From Gammaproteobacteria bacterium (lineage in GTDB: Bacteria; Pseudomonadota; Gammaproteobacteria; Magnimaribacterales; TMED112), in contig NZKB01000017.1 of the NCBI GenBank assembly GCA_002692425.1, positions 1 through 35,020 of the forward strand: a stretch of DNA of 35,020 nucleotides. Reading direction: 5' to 3'. This document shows, one piece after another, positions 1 through 11,266 of this stretch. The notes beneath the pieces are model-generated. The model was not told the DNA's origin and made no database searches. It was given only the letters and a program-made list of their open reading frames with translations. How positions within the stretch are numbered: the stretch's first letter is position 1; every line of letters begins with the position of its first letter. Both the position numbers and the translations under genes were made by a program.

Positions 1-1576
1 ACTCATGGTCTGGATCTGTTGCCATTGATTCAGCCACCATTTCTCCTTTCTCCATATTTGTTCTGTAGTCTTTTTTGAATTTTTCATATTGATCTTGTTC
101 AACGCAGCCTGAAGAACTTAATTTATCGTAATACAATTCCGTAACAGTATTTTTAGCTTTAATTTCACCATACATTAATGGCTGAGTTGCAAAAGGCTCA
201 TCTGTCTCATTGTGACCTCTTCTTCTGTAACAAACAAAGTCAAGAATTATATCTCTATTAAATTCATCTCTATATTCAACTGCTAATTTAGCTGCCATAA
301 CGCAAGCTTCAGGATCGTCACCATTTACATGAATTATTGGAGCCTCTATCATTTTTGCAACATCAGTGCAGTATTCAGTGGATCTTGCATCCTCCTTAAG
401 GCTTGTTGTGAATCCTATCTGATTATTGACGACGATATGAACTGTGCCTCCAACACCATAAGCACGTGTTTGAGATAACTGTAAAATTTCCATTACAATT
501 CCCTGTGCAGAAAAAGAAGCATCTCCATGCATGAGAATTGGTATTACTTTCTTATACTCTTTGTCTTGTCTTCTGTCTTGTCTTGCTTTTACGGATCCTA
601 AAATAACAGGATTAACTATTTCTAAGTGAGACGGATTTGAGCCTAGAGCAAGGTGAACTTCACCACCACTGGTTAATATATTTGAAGAAAAGCCCAGATG
701 ATATTTAACATCTCCAGTATGCTCAACATCTTCCTCAAAATCTTCAGCAAACTCGGTGAAAAGTTCGCTTGGTTTTTTTCCCATTACATTTATAAGTACA
801 TTAAGCCTACCTCTATGAGACATCCCTAAGACTAGTTCTTTAGCTCCCTTTGAACCAAAATCTTCAATAATTGTGTCAAGCAGTGGCACTAGCGATTCAC
901 CTCCCTCAAGACCAAATCTTTTGGCTCCTGGATATTTAGATGCTAAAAATTTTTCCAAGCCTTCAGAATCAACTAATCTCTTTAATATGTGCTGTTTCTC
1001 TTCATTATTGAAATCATAAGGTGCAGATTTGCCCTCAATTTTTTCTAAAAACCAAGTTCTAATTTCACTGTTCATAATATGCATAAATTCGTAGCCAATG
1101 CTTGATGTATAGGTTTCTTTGATTGATTTTAGAATTTCAGAAAGTTTTAATTTTTTGGAGTCTTGAAAGTTCGAGATTGAAAATTCTCTTTCAAAATCAT
1201 TTGATGATAGACCGTGGAACCCAAGCTCTAGTTCGGGGATATTAATTTCTTTTCTAAGATGGAGTGGGTCAATTTTTGCAACTTGATGGCCTCTTCTTCT
1301 ATATGCATTTATTAAGTTTTGAACATCAGATGAATTTGTACTTTCAGTTGAAAATAATAGTTTTTTTGTTTCTGGCTTTTTGTTTTTGAATTGTGCGATT
1401 ATTTGTTTATGACTCTGATCTGTTTGACCGTTTTGAATAGAGTCAAAGTAATTTTTCCATTTAGGTTTTATTTTTGATGGATCTTTTAAGTATTGTTCGT
1501 AAAGATGATCAAGATACTGTGAATTTCCCCCATACTTGAAACTTTCTTCAAACCTCTCCTCTATTGATTTTGTCAC
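1..1576 (-). CDS. sucA: 2-oxoglutarate dehydrogenase E1 component (5' part; runs off the window edge)
   Basis: Not in the ORF track. Hand translation from GTG at 1576 (overlapping the sdhB TAG) gives ...GGNSQYLDHLYEQYLKDP...LINAYRRRGHQVAKIDPL...KRFGLEGGES...GDVKYHLG...HGDASFSAQG (ThDP motif). Follows sdhB as in sdhCDAB-sucAB. Confidence 0.96.
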   Translation of the reverse strand, partial: MTKSIEERFEESFKYGGNSQYLDHLYEQYLKDPSKIKPKWKNYFDSIQNGQTDQSHKQIIAQFKNKKPETKKLLFSTESTNSSDVQNLINAYRRRGHQVAKIDPLHLRKEINIPELELGFHGLSSNDFEREFSISNFQDSKKLKLSEILKSIKETYTSSIGYEFMHIMNSEIRTWFLEKIEGKSAPYDFNNEEKQHILKRLVDSEGLEKFLASKYPGAKRFGLEGGESLVPLLDTIIEDFGSKGAKELVLGMSHRGRLNVLINVMGKKPSELFTEFAEDFEEDVEHTGDVKYHLGFSSNILTSGGEVHLALGSNPSHLEIVNPVILGSVKARQDRRQDKEYKKVIPILMHGDASFSAQGIVMEILQLSQTRAYGVGGTVHIVVNNQIGFTTSLKEDARSTEYCTDVAKMIEAPIIHVNGDDPEACVMAAKLAVEYRDEFNRDIILDFVCYRRRGHNETDEPFATQPLMYGEIKAKNTVTELYYDKLSSSGCVEQDQYEKFKKDYRTNMEKGEMVAESMATDPDHE

Positions 1577-2292
1577 TATCCTATTCTTCTTAACTCCTTC
1601 TTAATTTCATTGATTGCCTTGGAAGGATTCAATCCTTTTGGACAAACTGAAGTACAATTCATTATCCCATGACATCTATAAACACTAAAAGCATCATTAA
1701 GTTTTTTTAGCCTTGCTTTTTTCTGTTTATCTCTTGTATCTGCAATAAACCTATAAGCTTGCAATAACGCAGCTGGGCCTACAAATTTTTCAGGATTCCA
1801 CCAAAATGAAGGGCAACTAGTTGAACAGCATGCACACAGAACACACTCATAAAGACCATCTAATTTATCTCTATCCTCTGGAGTTTGTAAACGTTCATGT
1901 CCAGTAGTCACTTCTTCTTCATTATCTAAGAATGGTTTAATTTTTTCATATTGTTCATAAAATGGTTTCATATCAACTATTAAATCCTTAATAACTGGCA
2001 AGCCTGGCAGTGGCCTTACTTCAAGCTTGTCTCTTGTGATAACATCGACTACCGGAGTAATGCATGCTAATCCATTTTGACCATTCATATTTACCCCATC
2101 TGATCCACAGACACCCTGAGCACAAGATCTTCTGAATGTTACCGTCGAGTCTTTTTCTTGTGCTTGTCTAATTGCATCAATCACCATCATATTTCCGGTC
2201 TCAGGATAAAAGATTTCGTAGTCAGACATATAAGGTCTTACGTCTTTTTCAGGATCGAACCTATAAAGACTCAATAGAAATTTTTCTGACAT
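1576..2292 (-). CDS. sdhB: Succinate dehydrogenase iron-sulfur subunit
   Basis: FRRSCAQGVCGSDG, CVLCACCSTSCP and CHGIMNCTSVCP Fe-S motifs. Confidence 0.98.
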   Translation of the reverse strand: MSEKFLLSLYRFDPEKDVRPYMSDYEIFYPETGNMMVIDAIRQAQEKDSTVTFRRSCAQGVCGSDGVNMNGQNGLACITPVVDVITRDKLEVRPLPGLPVIKDLIVDMKPFYEQYEKIKPFLDNEEEVTTGHERLQTPEDRDKLDGLYECVLCACCSTSCPSFWWNPEKFVGPAALLQAYRFIADTRDKQKKARLKKLNDAFSVYRCHGIMNCTSVCPKGLNPSKAINEIKKELRRIG

Positions 2293-4070
2293 TAATATAC
2301 CCTTGCCTTTGGCTTAAATGCGTCAACAGTTTTTGGAGATAAATTTACTTCTCTTTTTTTAACAATTTTTTTATCTTTAAAGAATAATGAATGGCATAAC
2401 CAGTTTTGGTCATCTCTTTCTGGATAGTCCTCTCTTGCATGAGCGCCCCTGCTCTCTTTTCTTTCCATTGCAGAGTAAGCAGTAGCATTAGCAATGTCTA
2501 ATAAATTTAAATATTCTAAAACCTCTACTCTCTCCGAATTAAATTGATTTGATTTATCCATTAAATGAATCTTTTTTGTTCTCTCAGTAATTTCTTCAAG
2601 TTTTGAAATGCCTTCTTTCATAAGTTCTTCATTCCTATATACACCAAAGTAATTTTGCATCACATTTTGCATCTCAGATCTGAGATTAAACACTGTTTCA
2701 CCTTGTTTTGTATTCTGGATTTTATTAAACATATCTAATGACTCTTCGATATTAGATTTTGAAATATCCAACGAGCTTGATTCTTTAGCGTTTTCATTAA
2801 TATGTCTACCTGCTGCTCTTCCAAAAACAACTAAATCTAATAATGAATTACCACCAAGCCTATTCGCTCCATGTACAGATACGTTAGCAGCTTCACCAAT
2901 TGAATACAGTCCGTCTATAACTGAATCTTTGCCATTTTCCGTAGTAATTACTTGGCCGTGCACGTTAGTAGGTATTCCTCCCATCATATAATGACAGGTT
3001 GGAACAACAGGTATTGGTGCTTTAATTGGATCTACATCTGCAAAAGTCATTGAAATTTCACGTATTTCTGGGAGTTTTTTCATGATTGCGTCTTCACCCA
3101 AATGATCTATCTTGAGTAGTACATGATCTTTATGCTCACCACACCCTCTTCCAGCTAAAATTTCCTGCACTATACACCTTGATACAACATCTCTAGAAGC
3201 TAAATCTTTTGCTTTTGGTGCATAGTTGGGCATAAATCTCTCACCTTCTGAATTTATTAGGTATCCGCCCTCGCCTCTACAGCCTTCAGTCATAAGAGAT
3301 CCATTTCCATATAATCCGGTTGGATGAAATTGCCACATTTCCATGTCCTGCAGAGGATATCCTTGTCTAAGAACCATCCCTAAACCATCTCCAGTACAAA
3401 TAAGAGAAGTCGTATTTTGTTCATATACTTGTCCAGCTCCACCAGTAGCAAGCACAACTGCGTTACACCTTATTACAGAAACCTCTCCAGTTTCCATATC
3501 GAAACAACTTAAACCCCTAATAGCGCCTTCATCATTTTTTATTAAGTCAATAGCAAACCACTCGTTTAAAAATTTAGTGCCTGCTTTTAGATTAGCCTGG
3601 TAAAGAGTATGTAGAAGAGCATGGCCAGTTCTATCAGCGGCAGCGCAGGTTCTTGCTGCTTGCCCTCCTTCTCCAAACTCTTTTGATTGACCTCCAAATG
3701 GTCTTTGGTATATGCGGCCATTTTCAAAACGAGAAAAAGGCAATCCCATATGTTCTAATTCGAAAATTGCATCTGGGCCCTCAGAACACATATATTCAAT
3801 TGCATTTTGATCCCCAATATAGTCAGAGCCTTTGACAGTATCAAACATATGCCATCTCCAATCATCGTTAGGATCAGCACTTGCAATAGCACAAGTAATA
3901 CCTCCTTGTGCTGCGACAGTATGCGATCTGGTAGGGAACACTTTAGAGACAACTGCTACATCTAAACCTGATTTTGAAATTTCTAGAGAAGCTCTCAGAC
4001 CAGAGCCTCCTCCACCTATGATTGCTACATCAAAGATTTTTTCCGATATAGCTTTTCCACTAATTTCCAT
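2292..4070 (-). CDS. sdhA: Succinate dehydrogenase flavoprotein subunit
   Basis: GGGGSG FAD loop, [10 protein letters not shown] covalent-FAD His, [25 protein letters not shown] at 4070 preferred over TTG at 4076. Confidence 0.98.
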   Translation of the reverse strand: MEISGKAISEKIFDVAIIGGGGSGLRASLEISKSGLDVAVVSKVFPTRSHTVAAQGGITCAIASADPNDDWRWHMFDTVKGSDYIGDQNAIEYMCSEGPDAIFELEHMGLPFSRFENGRIYQRPFGGQSKEFGEGGQAARTCAAADRTGHALLHTLYQANLKAGTKFLNEWFAIDLIKNDEGAIRGLSCFDMETGEVSVIRCNAVVLATGGAGQVYEQNTTSLICTGDGLGMVLRQGYPLQDMEMWQFHPTGLYGNGSLMTEGCRGEGGYLINSEGERFMPNYAPKAKDLASRDVVSRCIVQEILAGRGCGEHKDHVLLKIDHLGEDAIMKKLPEIREISMTFADVDPIKAPIPVVPTCHYMMGGIPTNVHGQVITTENGKDSVIDGLYSIGEAANVSVHGANRLGGNSLLDLVVFGRAAGRHINENAKESSSLDISKSNIEESLDMFNKIQNTKQGETVFNLRSEMQNVMQNYFGVYRNEELMKEGISKLEEITERTKKIHLMDKSNQFNSERVEVLEYLNLLDIANATAYSAMERKESRGAHAREDYPERDDQNWLCHSLFFKDKKIVKKREVNLSPKTVDAFKPKARVY

Positions 4071-4109
4071 TATCAATTTTACTTATACATAATTATAAAC
4101 GTCATTTAT

Positions 4110-4475
4110 TTAAACTTCCATTAAATAACTCAAAACAGTAACGTAACTCAAAATAACTATAACCACGCATATAAACCCTCGATATGAATATCTAAGAAAC
4201 TTTGCAAGGTGCTTAGTTCCCGGTAGAAACATGCCAATAGTTCTTTCTGTAAAATAATCATCCTCAACTGCTTTCAAACCTTGTAGTGCGTGCCCAACAA
4301 TTGCTATCAAAAATAAGCTAGTAAATATCTTCATTTGGATAGACCTTATGTCAGTAAACCATACTTGTGCATCAAGATCATATGGTTTGACAAAATAACT
4401 AATAACTATAAAAAGTACGTAACTCAGAATTATGAGTGAACTAAAACGTTGAGCTAACCAAAGAAAAGTTCCCAT
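4110..4475 (-). CDS. sdhD: Succinate dehydrogenase hydrophobic membrane anchor
   Basis: WLAQRFSS, heme His (GHALQG), DY motif, three TM segments; lies between sdhC and sdhA. Confidence 0.88.
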   Translation of the reverse strand: MGTFLWLAQRFSSLIILSYVLFIVISYFVKPYDLDAQVWFTDIRSIQMKIFTSLFLIAIVGHALQGLKAVEDDYFTERTIGMFLPGTKHLAKFLRYSYRGFICVVIVILSYVTVLSYLMEV

Positions 4476-4850
4476 TTACCAAACCTCCAAAATTAAAAAA
4501 AATGAGACCATCAAAGTCAAAATAAATGCAAATGATGCAGAGAATTTTGCTTCAGAAAGCTCATGACCATAATTTGAAAAATCAGTGAGAAGGTGTCTTA
4601 ATCCTGAAAAAATGTGATAAGTAATTGAAAGAATAGATACTGAGATAAGCAGCTTCACTTCAAGATTAAACTTTTCACTACTCCAATTAAGATCATTAGC
4701 TAGCAAATAATCAGTTAGAAATAAGAGAATAAAAGTAGGTATGGCTATAAAAAAATTAACTATACCTGAAACTCTATGGGTTATAGAAGAAATAGCTGTA
4801 ATAGGCAATTTAATTAAAAGAAGATTTATGAAAGTTGGGCGCCTAGTCAT
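4476..4850 (-). CDS. sdhC: Succinate dehydrogenase cytochrome b556 subunit
   Basis: RP..NL...KLPITAISSITHRVSG and YHIFSGLRHL motifs. Confidence 0.93.
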   Translation of the reverse strand: MTRRPTFINLLLIKLPITAISSITHRVSGIVNFFIAIPTFILLFLTDYLLANDLNWSSEKFNLEVKLLISVSILSITYHIFSGLRHLLTDFSNYGHELSEAKFSASFAFILTLMVSFFLILEVW

Positions 4851-4896
4851 TTTCGTCAGTATTATAGAATATCTTACTGCAATAAAGCGTATAAAA

Positions 4897-6207
4897 TTAA
4901 GATTTATAAGGGTTTTTGGAGGTAATAAATTTAAGTTTGAGTGTTATCCCCAATAGGCCTAATTTTTTTTGGTAGAAATTTATTAGAAATCTTTTATAGC
5001 TTCTTTCAAGCTTCTCAAGTGAGTTGCCATGAATTGTAATAATATGAGGATTTTTACCTCCTTGATGTACGAATCTAATTTTTGGCTTGAATTTACCTTT
5101 AAATGGAATAGATTTCTTTTCAAGTGCTTTTCTTAAGACGTTATTAAGTTTATTTGTTGATATTTTTTTGTCTGCATTTTCGAGAACTCTATAGATATTA
5201 TCAAAAAGGTATTTAATTCCCTCCTTTTTCTTCGCAGAAATGAAACATATTGGCAGTCCATTGAACATAGAATCTTCATCTAGAGCCTTTTCAATCTCAC
5301 TTAAGGTTTTCTTCTCGAGCAGATCTTTCTTATTAACTGCAATAATCATTGCCTTGCCATTATCTCGAGCTTTTTCTAATAACTTTCTATCCTGGTCAAG
5401 CAAAAAACTTGATGCATCAAGCATTATGATTGATAAATCCGCTATTTTATTAGATTCCAATGACTTAATTACAGAGAATTTTTCCTCTTTTGATATAGTT
5501 TTACTTTTTTTCCTAATACCAGCAGTATCAATAAATATATATTCTTTGTTTTTATAAAGTATCTTGGTATCAACAGAGTCTATTGTTGTGCCTGGAACAT
5601 TAGAAACAATCATTTTCTTTTCGTTAAGAATAGAATTTATAGTGGATGACTTTCCAACATTTGGCTTACCTAAAATACAAATTTTTGGAATATTATTTTC
5701 AAAAAAAGTTTCTTCTTCTTTTACTTTAGAGAAAATTAGTTCCTTTAATTGATCGATTCCTAAATTATGTTCCGCACTCACCTCAATTTTTTCCTTAAAT
5801 CCTAATTCTTCAAAAACTGAGGTGCCTTCTAAAGTTTTGACATCAATTTTATTTATTACCATTATGACTTTTTTGTTGCTTTTTCTAATAAAAGACGCGA
5901 TTTCCTTATCAAACGGTGAAATCCCAAATTTTTTATCAACTACAAATAAGACCACTTCAGCAATTTCTATTGCTTCGTATGCTTTAGATAGAATCATCTC
6001 TTCAAAATCATCATGTTTAGAAGTAAAAAACCCTCCAGTATCTATTAAATTCACAAATTTACCATCTACATGGACAGACGCAGTTTTTATATCTCTTGTT
6101 AAGCCTTCTTGTTCCGAGACGATTGCTGATTTAGATTTTGCTAATCTATTGAATATTGATGATTTGCCGACATTAGTTCTACCGACAAGTGCGACTGTTG
6201 TGCTCAT
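4897..6207 (-). CDS. der: Ribosome biogenesis GTPase Der (EngA)
   Basis: Two tandem G domains (GRTNVGKS/DTGG/NKID and GKPNVGKS/DTAG/NKKD) plus KH-like C-terminus ending NPY. Confidence 0.97.
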   Translation of the reverse strand: MSTTVALVGRTNVGKSSIFNRLAKSKSAIVSEQEGLTRDIKTASVHVDGKFVNLIDTGGFFTSKHDDFEEMILSKAYEAIEIAEVVLFVVDKKFGISPFDKEIASFIRKSNKKVIMVINKIDVKTLEGTSVFEELGFKEKIEVSAEHNLGIDQLKELIFSKVKEEETFFENNIPKICILGKPNVGKSSTINSILNEKKMIVSNVPGTTIDSVDTKILYKNKEYIFIDTAGIRKKSKTISKEEKFSVIKSLESNKIADLSIIMLDASSFLLDQDRKLLEKARDNGKAMIIAVNKKDLLEKKTLSEIEKALDEDSMFNGLPICFISAKKKEGIKYLFDNIYRVLENADKKISTNKLNNVLRKALEKKSIPFKGKFKPKIRFVHQGGKNPHIITIHGNSLEKLERSYKRFLINFYQKKLGLLGITLKLKFITSKNPYKS

Positions 6208-7386
6208 TTACTTTAAAGTGAATCCAGTAATTGATCCGTCGATATCTTGTGCAAATAATTTATCTGAAAAAATAGCTATTTGTGAAATAGCTTCAAGGTT
6301 AGTCTTTGTTAATCCTGTAATCATTCCAGTCTCTGCATCTAATTGGTGAATATAGCCTTCAAAGTCTCCAAAATAAATTTTGTCGTCATTTATGATTAGA
6401 TCTGTGAGTCCTCTATTTTTAAATTTCTGGCTTCTCCAAGATTCTGTTCCGTTCGATGCATTAAATCCTAATATTTCTTCGTCAGTATTTACTGAAAAGA
6501 TTTTTCCTTTGTTAAAAGTTATTGATTTTGAGGTTGAATGGTCTACTGAAAAAATTTTCTCGCCACTTCTGATATTGAATCTTGTTAAAGACCCATTGTA
6601 ATTTGCTGCAAAAACATCTTCATTTACAGTAATTGCGTTTGAATCACCATCCATTAATTTTTCTAGTTCAGTTGATCCCTTTAACCTAGAAATTGGCTTT
6701 TCCCATAGTTGAATGCCATCAACTCCTCTAACAGCAGCTAATCTTCCATTTGAAAAACTTGCAAAAATTAAACCCTCATAAATTATTGGGGAGGCTGTTC
6801 CTCTTATTGATAGAAGTGGAGCTTGTGCCTGTTTTTGCCATTTAGTCTCACCGGTCTGTAAATCTATAGCATACAAAACATCTGAAGAAGTCTGTAGGAA
6901 TACAAGTGTTGGAGTTATTAAAATTTTTGAAAGCACCACATCTTCAAGTTCTTTTGTCCATTTAAGATCTCCTATATTTGAATCGTGGGAGTAAACGACA
7001 CCATCAGCATCAACGTAAAAAAAGGAGTTGTACCCAACCGAAACACCTGAAATAATACGATCAGTCTGAAGATCAAAAACTTCAGTCAATTGGCCTGTCT
7101 CTATGTCAATTAATTCAATTTGTCTTCCTTTGAGATTAAAAATAGTGCCTGCGTTGATGTCAAAAAATAAGTTTGATTCAATATTTTCTCTAAAGAAATC
7201 GAAATTTAACAAAGGGTTATCAGCATTTTTTTCCCAATCAACTTCTAGGAAGTTGTCATAATTTTCATCAAGTTTAACGGGTGCATTCGGATCATCTTGT
7301 ACTAAGCCAAGAGTTTCTTGAATTGTACTTAAAGTCTGACAAGAAGAAAGCAAGAGAATGATTGTTAGTAGATAAAATTTTTTCAT
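6208..7386 (-). CDS. bamB: Outer membrane protein assembly lipoprotein BamB (PQQ-like beta-propeller)
   Basis: Lipobox LSSC; repeated G-x-x-x-W propeller motifs; syntenic yfgM-bamB-der. Confidence 0.88.
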   Translation of the reverse strand: MKKFYLLTIILLLSSCQTLSTIQETLGLVQDDPNAPVKLDENYDNFLEVDWEKNADNPLLNFDFFRENIESNLFFDINAGTIFNLKGRQIELIDIETGQLTEVFDLQTDRIISGVSVGYNSFFYVDADGVVYSHDSNIGDLKWTKELEDVVLSKILITPTLVFLQTSSDVLYAIDLQTGETKWQKQAQAPLLSIRGTASPIIYEGLIFASFSNGRLAAVRGVDGIQLWEKPISRLKGSTELEKLMDGDSNAITVNEDVFAANYNGSLTRFNIRSGEKIFSVDHSTSKSITFNKGKIFSVNTDEEILGFNASNGTESWRSQKFKNRGLTDLIINDDKIYFGDFEGYIHQLDAETGMITGLTKTNLEAISQIAIFSDKLFAQDIDGSITGFTLK

Positions 7387-7387
7387 T

Positions 7388-7981
7388 TTATTTGAGTGGT
7401 TTTTTAAGTTGTATTAAATTCTTTTGTGAATCATCCATATCAAATGATATGGCCATATCATAATGATAATTAGCCATTTCATTTTTCTGGAAGTATTTAT
7501 AGAAGTCTCCAGCGACATCGTGGAATCTTGCAGTATCTAATTGGTTTTCTACAATTAAGCTCTCACCTTTTTCAAAATCATCAAGTTCCATACAAATTCT
7601 TACTAAATTTTCATAGTACTGTTCAAGCAAGATATTTTTTGTGTCCTTTGGAATTGAACTTTCTGAAACCTTATAAAATATATCTTGAAATAATGCACTA
7701 GCTTCAGAAAAATTTTGCTCATCCAGTGCTTTTTTAGCGAAAACAGATTTAGTAATTATTTCAAATCCTATTGAATCAAATTCAAAATCAACGCCATCTA
7801 AATTAACTGAATTTTCGCTGGAAAGTGAATTGTTTATTTCTTGAAACCTCTTGAATTCTTCTTCATTAGCTTTTTCCATTGTATAGACAGTTATTGAGTT
7901 TATAAATAAGCCCGAGAAAACAGCAATGACAGTACCAATAAAGTACTTATTCTTCAAAAATTCTAAGATTCTATCTGCCAT
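7388..7981 (-). CDS. YfgM-like membrane-anchored TPR protein (divergent)
   Basis: Single N-terminal TM, helical TPR-like body with GD..Y...A...Y..A near the C-terminus; located between hisS and bamB. Confidence 0.7.
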   Translation of the reverse strand: MADRILEFLKNKYFIGTVIAVFSGLFINSITVYTMEKANEEEFKRFQEINNSLSSENSVNLDGVDFEFDSIGFEIITKSVFAKKALDEQNFSEASALFQDIFYKVSESSIPKDTKNILLEQYYENLVRICMELDDFEKGESLIVENQLDTARFHDVAGDFYKYFQKNEMANYHYDMAISFDMDDSQKNLIQLKKPLK

Positions 7982-9212
7982 TCAAAAACTCCACTAGCTC
8001 AATCTCATTTAGTGTTTTTTCACTGCCATCTATGAGATTTTTTAATTTAAATGAATTTGTTTTTTGCTCCTCTTGGCCGACTATCATAACAAATTTAAAG
8101 CCTTGAGAATTAGCTTTTTTCAGTTGTTTTGCAACATTTGCATTTCCAAGATAATTTTCTACAACTAAACCATTTATGTCTTGTCGCAATTTATTTCCAA
8201 TGTATTGCGCAAAATTAATTGAATCATCACTAATAGAGCCTATGAAAAGGTCTTTTGTTTTATCTTTGATTTCTATGATCTCAGCTAATCTATCAATACC
8301 AAGAGCAAAACCTATAGCTGGCAAATCTCTGCCACCTAACTCTTTTATAAGATTATCGTATCTTCCCCCACCAATAACAGCATTTTGTGACCCCAACCCG
8401 TCGACAGTAAATTCAAAAACTGTTCCAGTGTAATAATCTAGACCTCTAACCAATTTTTTATTTATTTCAAATTTTATTTTTAACTCTTTAAGAGAATTAA
8501 TTGTTTTATCGAATGATTCTTTTTCATCGTTCGTAAGAAATGCAGATATATCTTTTGCATCCTCAAAAATTTTCTTAATTTTGACATCTTTTGAGTCAAT
8601 TGCTCTTAGAGGGTTTCTTTGCAATCTTGAATAAACCTTATCCTCAAAATCATCTTTAAATTTCTGGAGATATTTTCTTAAATAAGCTCTATATGAATTT
8701 AGAGATTCATCTTTTCCTAAGTAGTTAATTTCTAATGAATATTTTATTTCTAATTTTTCAAGTATGGTTTTTGCTAATGATATGATCTCAACATCACTTT
8801 TTGTCGATTCTTCACCGATTAATTCGGCTCCTGCTTGAAAAAATTGTCTTTTTCTACCTTTTTGCGGTCTTTCATATCGAAACATTGGACCTAAATAAAA
8901 GAATTTTTTTATTTCATCATTCATTAAACCATTTGTGATCAATGCTCTTACTAGTCCAGCAGTTCCCTCTGGCCTCAAACAGAGTAACTCAGCATTCCTA
9001 TCCTCAAACTCATATACTTCTTTTTGGATGATATCTGAACTTTCTCCAACTGATCGTTGAAATAATGATTTGTTCTCAATTATAGGAGTTCTAAATTCCT
9101 GAAAATTGAAACTTTTAAAAGTTTCGAGGCAAGTTTTTTCCACAATTGAGATTCTCTCTACTTCCTCATCGTAGAGATCTGGCATTCCTCTTATTGTTTT
9201 CAAATCTTTCAT
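7971..9212 (-). CDS. hisS: Histidine--tRNA ligase
   Basis: [43 protein letters not shown]. Confidence 0.98.
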   Translation of the reverse strand: MKDLKTIRGMPDLYDEEVERISIVEKTCLETFKSFNFQEFRTPIIENKSLFQRSVGESSDIIQKEVYEFEDRNAELLCLRPEGTAGLVRALITNGLMNDEIKKFFYLGPMFRYERPQKGRKRQFFQAGAELIGEESTKSDVEIISLAKTILEKLEIKYSLEINYLGKDESLNSYRAYLRKYLQKFKDDFEDKVYSRLQRNPLRAIDSKDVKIKKIFEDAKDISAFLTNDEKESFDKTINSLKELKIKFEINKKLVRGLDYYTGTVFEFTVDGLGSQNAVIGGGRYDNLIKELGGRDLPAIGFALGIDRLAEIIEIKDKTKDLFIGSISDDSINFAQYIGNKLRQDINGLVVENYLGNANVAKQLKKANSQGFKFVMIVGQEEQKTNSFKLKNLIDGSEKTLNEIELVEFLNGR

Positions 9213-10336
9213 TGTTTAAATATTGTATTTCTTTTCTGGTCTGCAATTTTAGTCACTTCTTTAATTAGAGCATTTTCAAGCTCATTAGTTTCAACTTTAT
9301 AGGCTGGCTTCCCGTTCAGATATATAAGATGTTTTGGTGATGCTCCTGTTACACCAACGTCTGCAACCCTAGATTCACCTGGCCCATTAACATAACAGCC
9401 TATTACTGCCAGAGTGACCTCTTCTTTCAAATGAGAAAGATCATTTTCAAGTTTATTAACTGTGTCAATAACTTGAAAATTCTGCCTTGAGCAGCTTGGG
9501 CAGGCGACAATTTTTACACCCCTTGATCGAATTTTCAAGGACTTTAACATTTCCCATGCTACGTTAATTTCATCAACCGGATCAGATGCAAGAGAAACCC
9601 TTATCGTATCGCCAATACCTTGCATCAATAAACTGCCTAATCCAATAGAAGATTTTACAGTTCCTGTCTTTAAGGAACCTGACTCAGTAATACCTAAATG
9701 AAGTGGCTGTTCAATCAATTCTGAAATTTTTTCATAACTTTCAACGGCCATAAAAATATCAGATGATTTGATGCTTAATTTAAAATTTTCATAATTGTTA
9801 TCTAATAGCAGATTCACATGTCTCATGGCTGATTCAACAAGTGCATCTGCGTTAGGTTCTCCATATTTCTTTTGCAAATCTTTTTCTAGAGATCCAGCGT
9901 TTACTCCTATTCTAATTGGAACATCAAGGTCTCGAGCAGCTGAAATTACTTCTTTAATTTTCTTCTCATTGCCAATATTGCCTGGATTTATCCTGACACA
10001 GTCAACACCATATTTAAGAACTTGAAGTGCTATTTTGTAATCAAAGTGGATATCTGATACTAAAGGTATATTTGCTTGTTCTTTAATATGCTTGAATGCC
10101 TCAGCAGCATCCATACTAGGAACAGAAACTCTTACAATGTCTGCTCCTGCTTCTTCTAATTCTTTAATTTGATTTACAGTGGCAGAAATATCTAATGTTT
10201 CAGTATTTGTCATTGATTGAACAGAAATCGGAGTGCCTCCTCCAACCGGGACATCACCTACCCAAATTTTTTTCGTAATTTTTCTTTGAACAGATTGTTT
10301 ATCCAATTTATTAACCAAAAATTTCTGTACTTTCAA
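9209..10336 (-). CDS. ispG: 4-hydroxy-3-methylbut-2-en-1-yl diphosphate synthase (start uncertain; TTG at 10306 avoids the ndk overlap)
   Basis: [35 protein letters not shown]...GCYVNGPGE. Confidence 0.97.
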   Translation of the reverse strand: MKVQKFLVNKLDKQSVQRKITKKIWVGDVPVGGGTPISVQSMTNTETLDISATVNQIKELEEAGADIVRVSVPSMDAAEAFKHIKEQANIPLVSDIHFDYKIALQVLKYGVDCVRINPGNIGNEKKIKEVISAARDLDVPIRIGVNAGSLEKDLQKKYGEPNADALVESAMRHVNLLLDNNYENFKLSIKSSDIFMAVESYEKISELIEQPLHLGITESGSLKTGTVKSSIGLGSLLMQGIGDTIRVSLASDPVDEINVAWEMLKSLKIRSRGVKIVACPSCSRQNFQVIDTVNKLENDLSHLKEEVTLAVIGCYVNGPGESRVADVGVTGASPKHLIYLNGKPAYKVETNELENALIKEVTKIADQKRNTIFKQ

Positions 10337-10727
10337 AGAAATATGCTATTTCCCTTTGTGCACTTGCTGGTGAGTCAGAACCATGGACTGCATTTGCATC
10401 AATAGACTCAGCAAAATCTGCTCTTATAGTCCCTGCTTCAGCTTCTTTTGGATTAGTATTACCCATTAATTCTCGATTAAGCTTGATTGCATTCTCTCCT
10501 GCTAATACTTGAACCACTACTGGACCAGATGTCATAAATTCAACTAATGCATTAAAAAATGGCTTACCTTCATGTTCAGCATAGAAACCATGAGCTTTTT
10601 CAACACTCAAATGAATCATTTTCGAAGCCACAATCTTTAATCCAGCATCTTCAAATCTTTGCTTAATTTGTCCTATAACGTTTTTTGCCACCGCATCTGG
10701 CTTAATAATTGATAATGTCATTTCCAT
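10311..10727 (-). CDS. ndk: Nucleoside-diphosphate kinase
   Basis: [25 protein letters not shown] active site. Confidence 0.98.
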   Translation of the reverse strand: MEMTLSIIKPDAVAKNVIGQIKQRFEDAGLKIVASKMIHLSVEKAHGFYAEHEGKPFFNALVEFMTSGPVVVQVLAGENAIKLNRELMGNTNPKEAEAGTIRADFAESIDANAVHGSDSPASAQREIAYFFESTEIFG

Positions 10728-10728
10728 C

Positions 10729-10926
10729 TTAATCCATCTCCTTTATCCAATTTTGCTGAATAGATTCAAGAATTTTTTCATTTACCTTGTCAGGTTGATC
10801 ATCAAAATCTTCAAGCTCTACAACTAATTTTCGTAAATCAACAAAATTTATCCACTGCGGATCAACATCTGGATGTTTTTCAGATAATTCAATCGCAATA
10901 TCTAGAGTATCAACCCACTTAAGCAT
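10729..10926 (-). CDS. iscX: Fe-S assembly protein IscX
   Basis: LKWVD..DIAIEL...HPDVDP....F.DL...[10 protein letters not shown]; last gene of the isc cluster. Confidence 0.95.
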   Translation of the reverse strand: MLKWVDTLDIAIELSEKHPDVDPQWINFVDLRKLVVELEDFDDQPDKVNEKILESIQQNWIKEMD

Positions 10927-10927
10927 G

Positions 10928-11266
10928 TTATGTTAACTCAGAAACTTGGTTAATAGTATATTTTGGTATTTCAATGACAGTGACGTCATCAACTGGAAAA
11001 ACCTGACAACTTAATCTGGAATTTGATTCTAGGCCCCAAGCCTTATCAAGCATATCCTCCTCTTCATCAGAAGCATAAGCAAGATTATCAAATCCTTCTT
11101 TGACAATTACATGACAAGTTGTACAGGCGCACGCTTTTTCGCAAGCATGTTCAAGATTTATTCCATTCCTCAGACATGCATCTAGAATAGTTTCGTTTTC
11201 TTCAAGCTCTATTGTAAGACCTTCAGGACATATCTCTTCATGAGGCAGAATTTTTAATTTTTTTTT
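10928..11266 (-). CDS. fdx: ISC-type [2Fe-2S] ferredoxin domain with no start codon of its own (probably C-terminal part of an IscA-Fdx fusion)
   Basis: Hand translation: KKKLKILPHEEICPEGLTIELEENETILDACLRNGINLEHACEKACACTTCHVIVKEGF...EEEDMLDKAWGLESNSRLSCQ...EIPKYTINQVSELT*. No ATG/GTG/TTG between the upstream in-frame TAG and the conserved N-terminus. Confidence 0.92.
   Translation of the reverse strand, partial: KKKLKILPHEEICPEGLTIELEENETILDACLRNGINLEHACEKACACTTCHVIVKEGFDNLAYASDEEEDMLDKAWGLESNSRLSCQVFPVDDVTVIEIPKYTINQVSELT

Noticed and set aside
2095-2125. Asp instead of the third Cys in the SdhB 2Fe-2S motif (CGSDG)
   Set aside because: Normal for E. coli-type SdhB.
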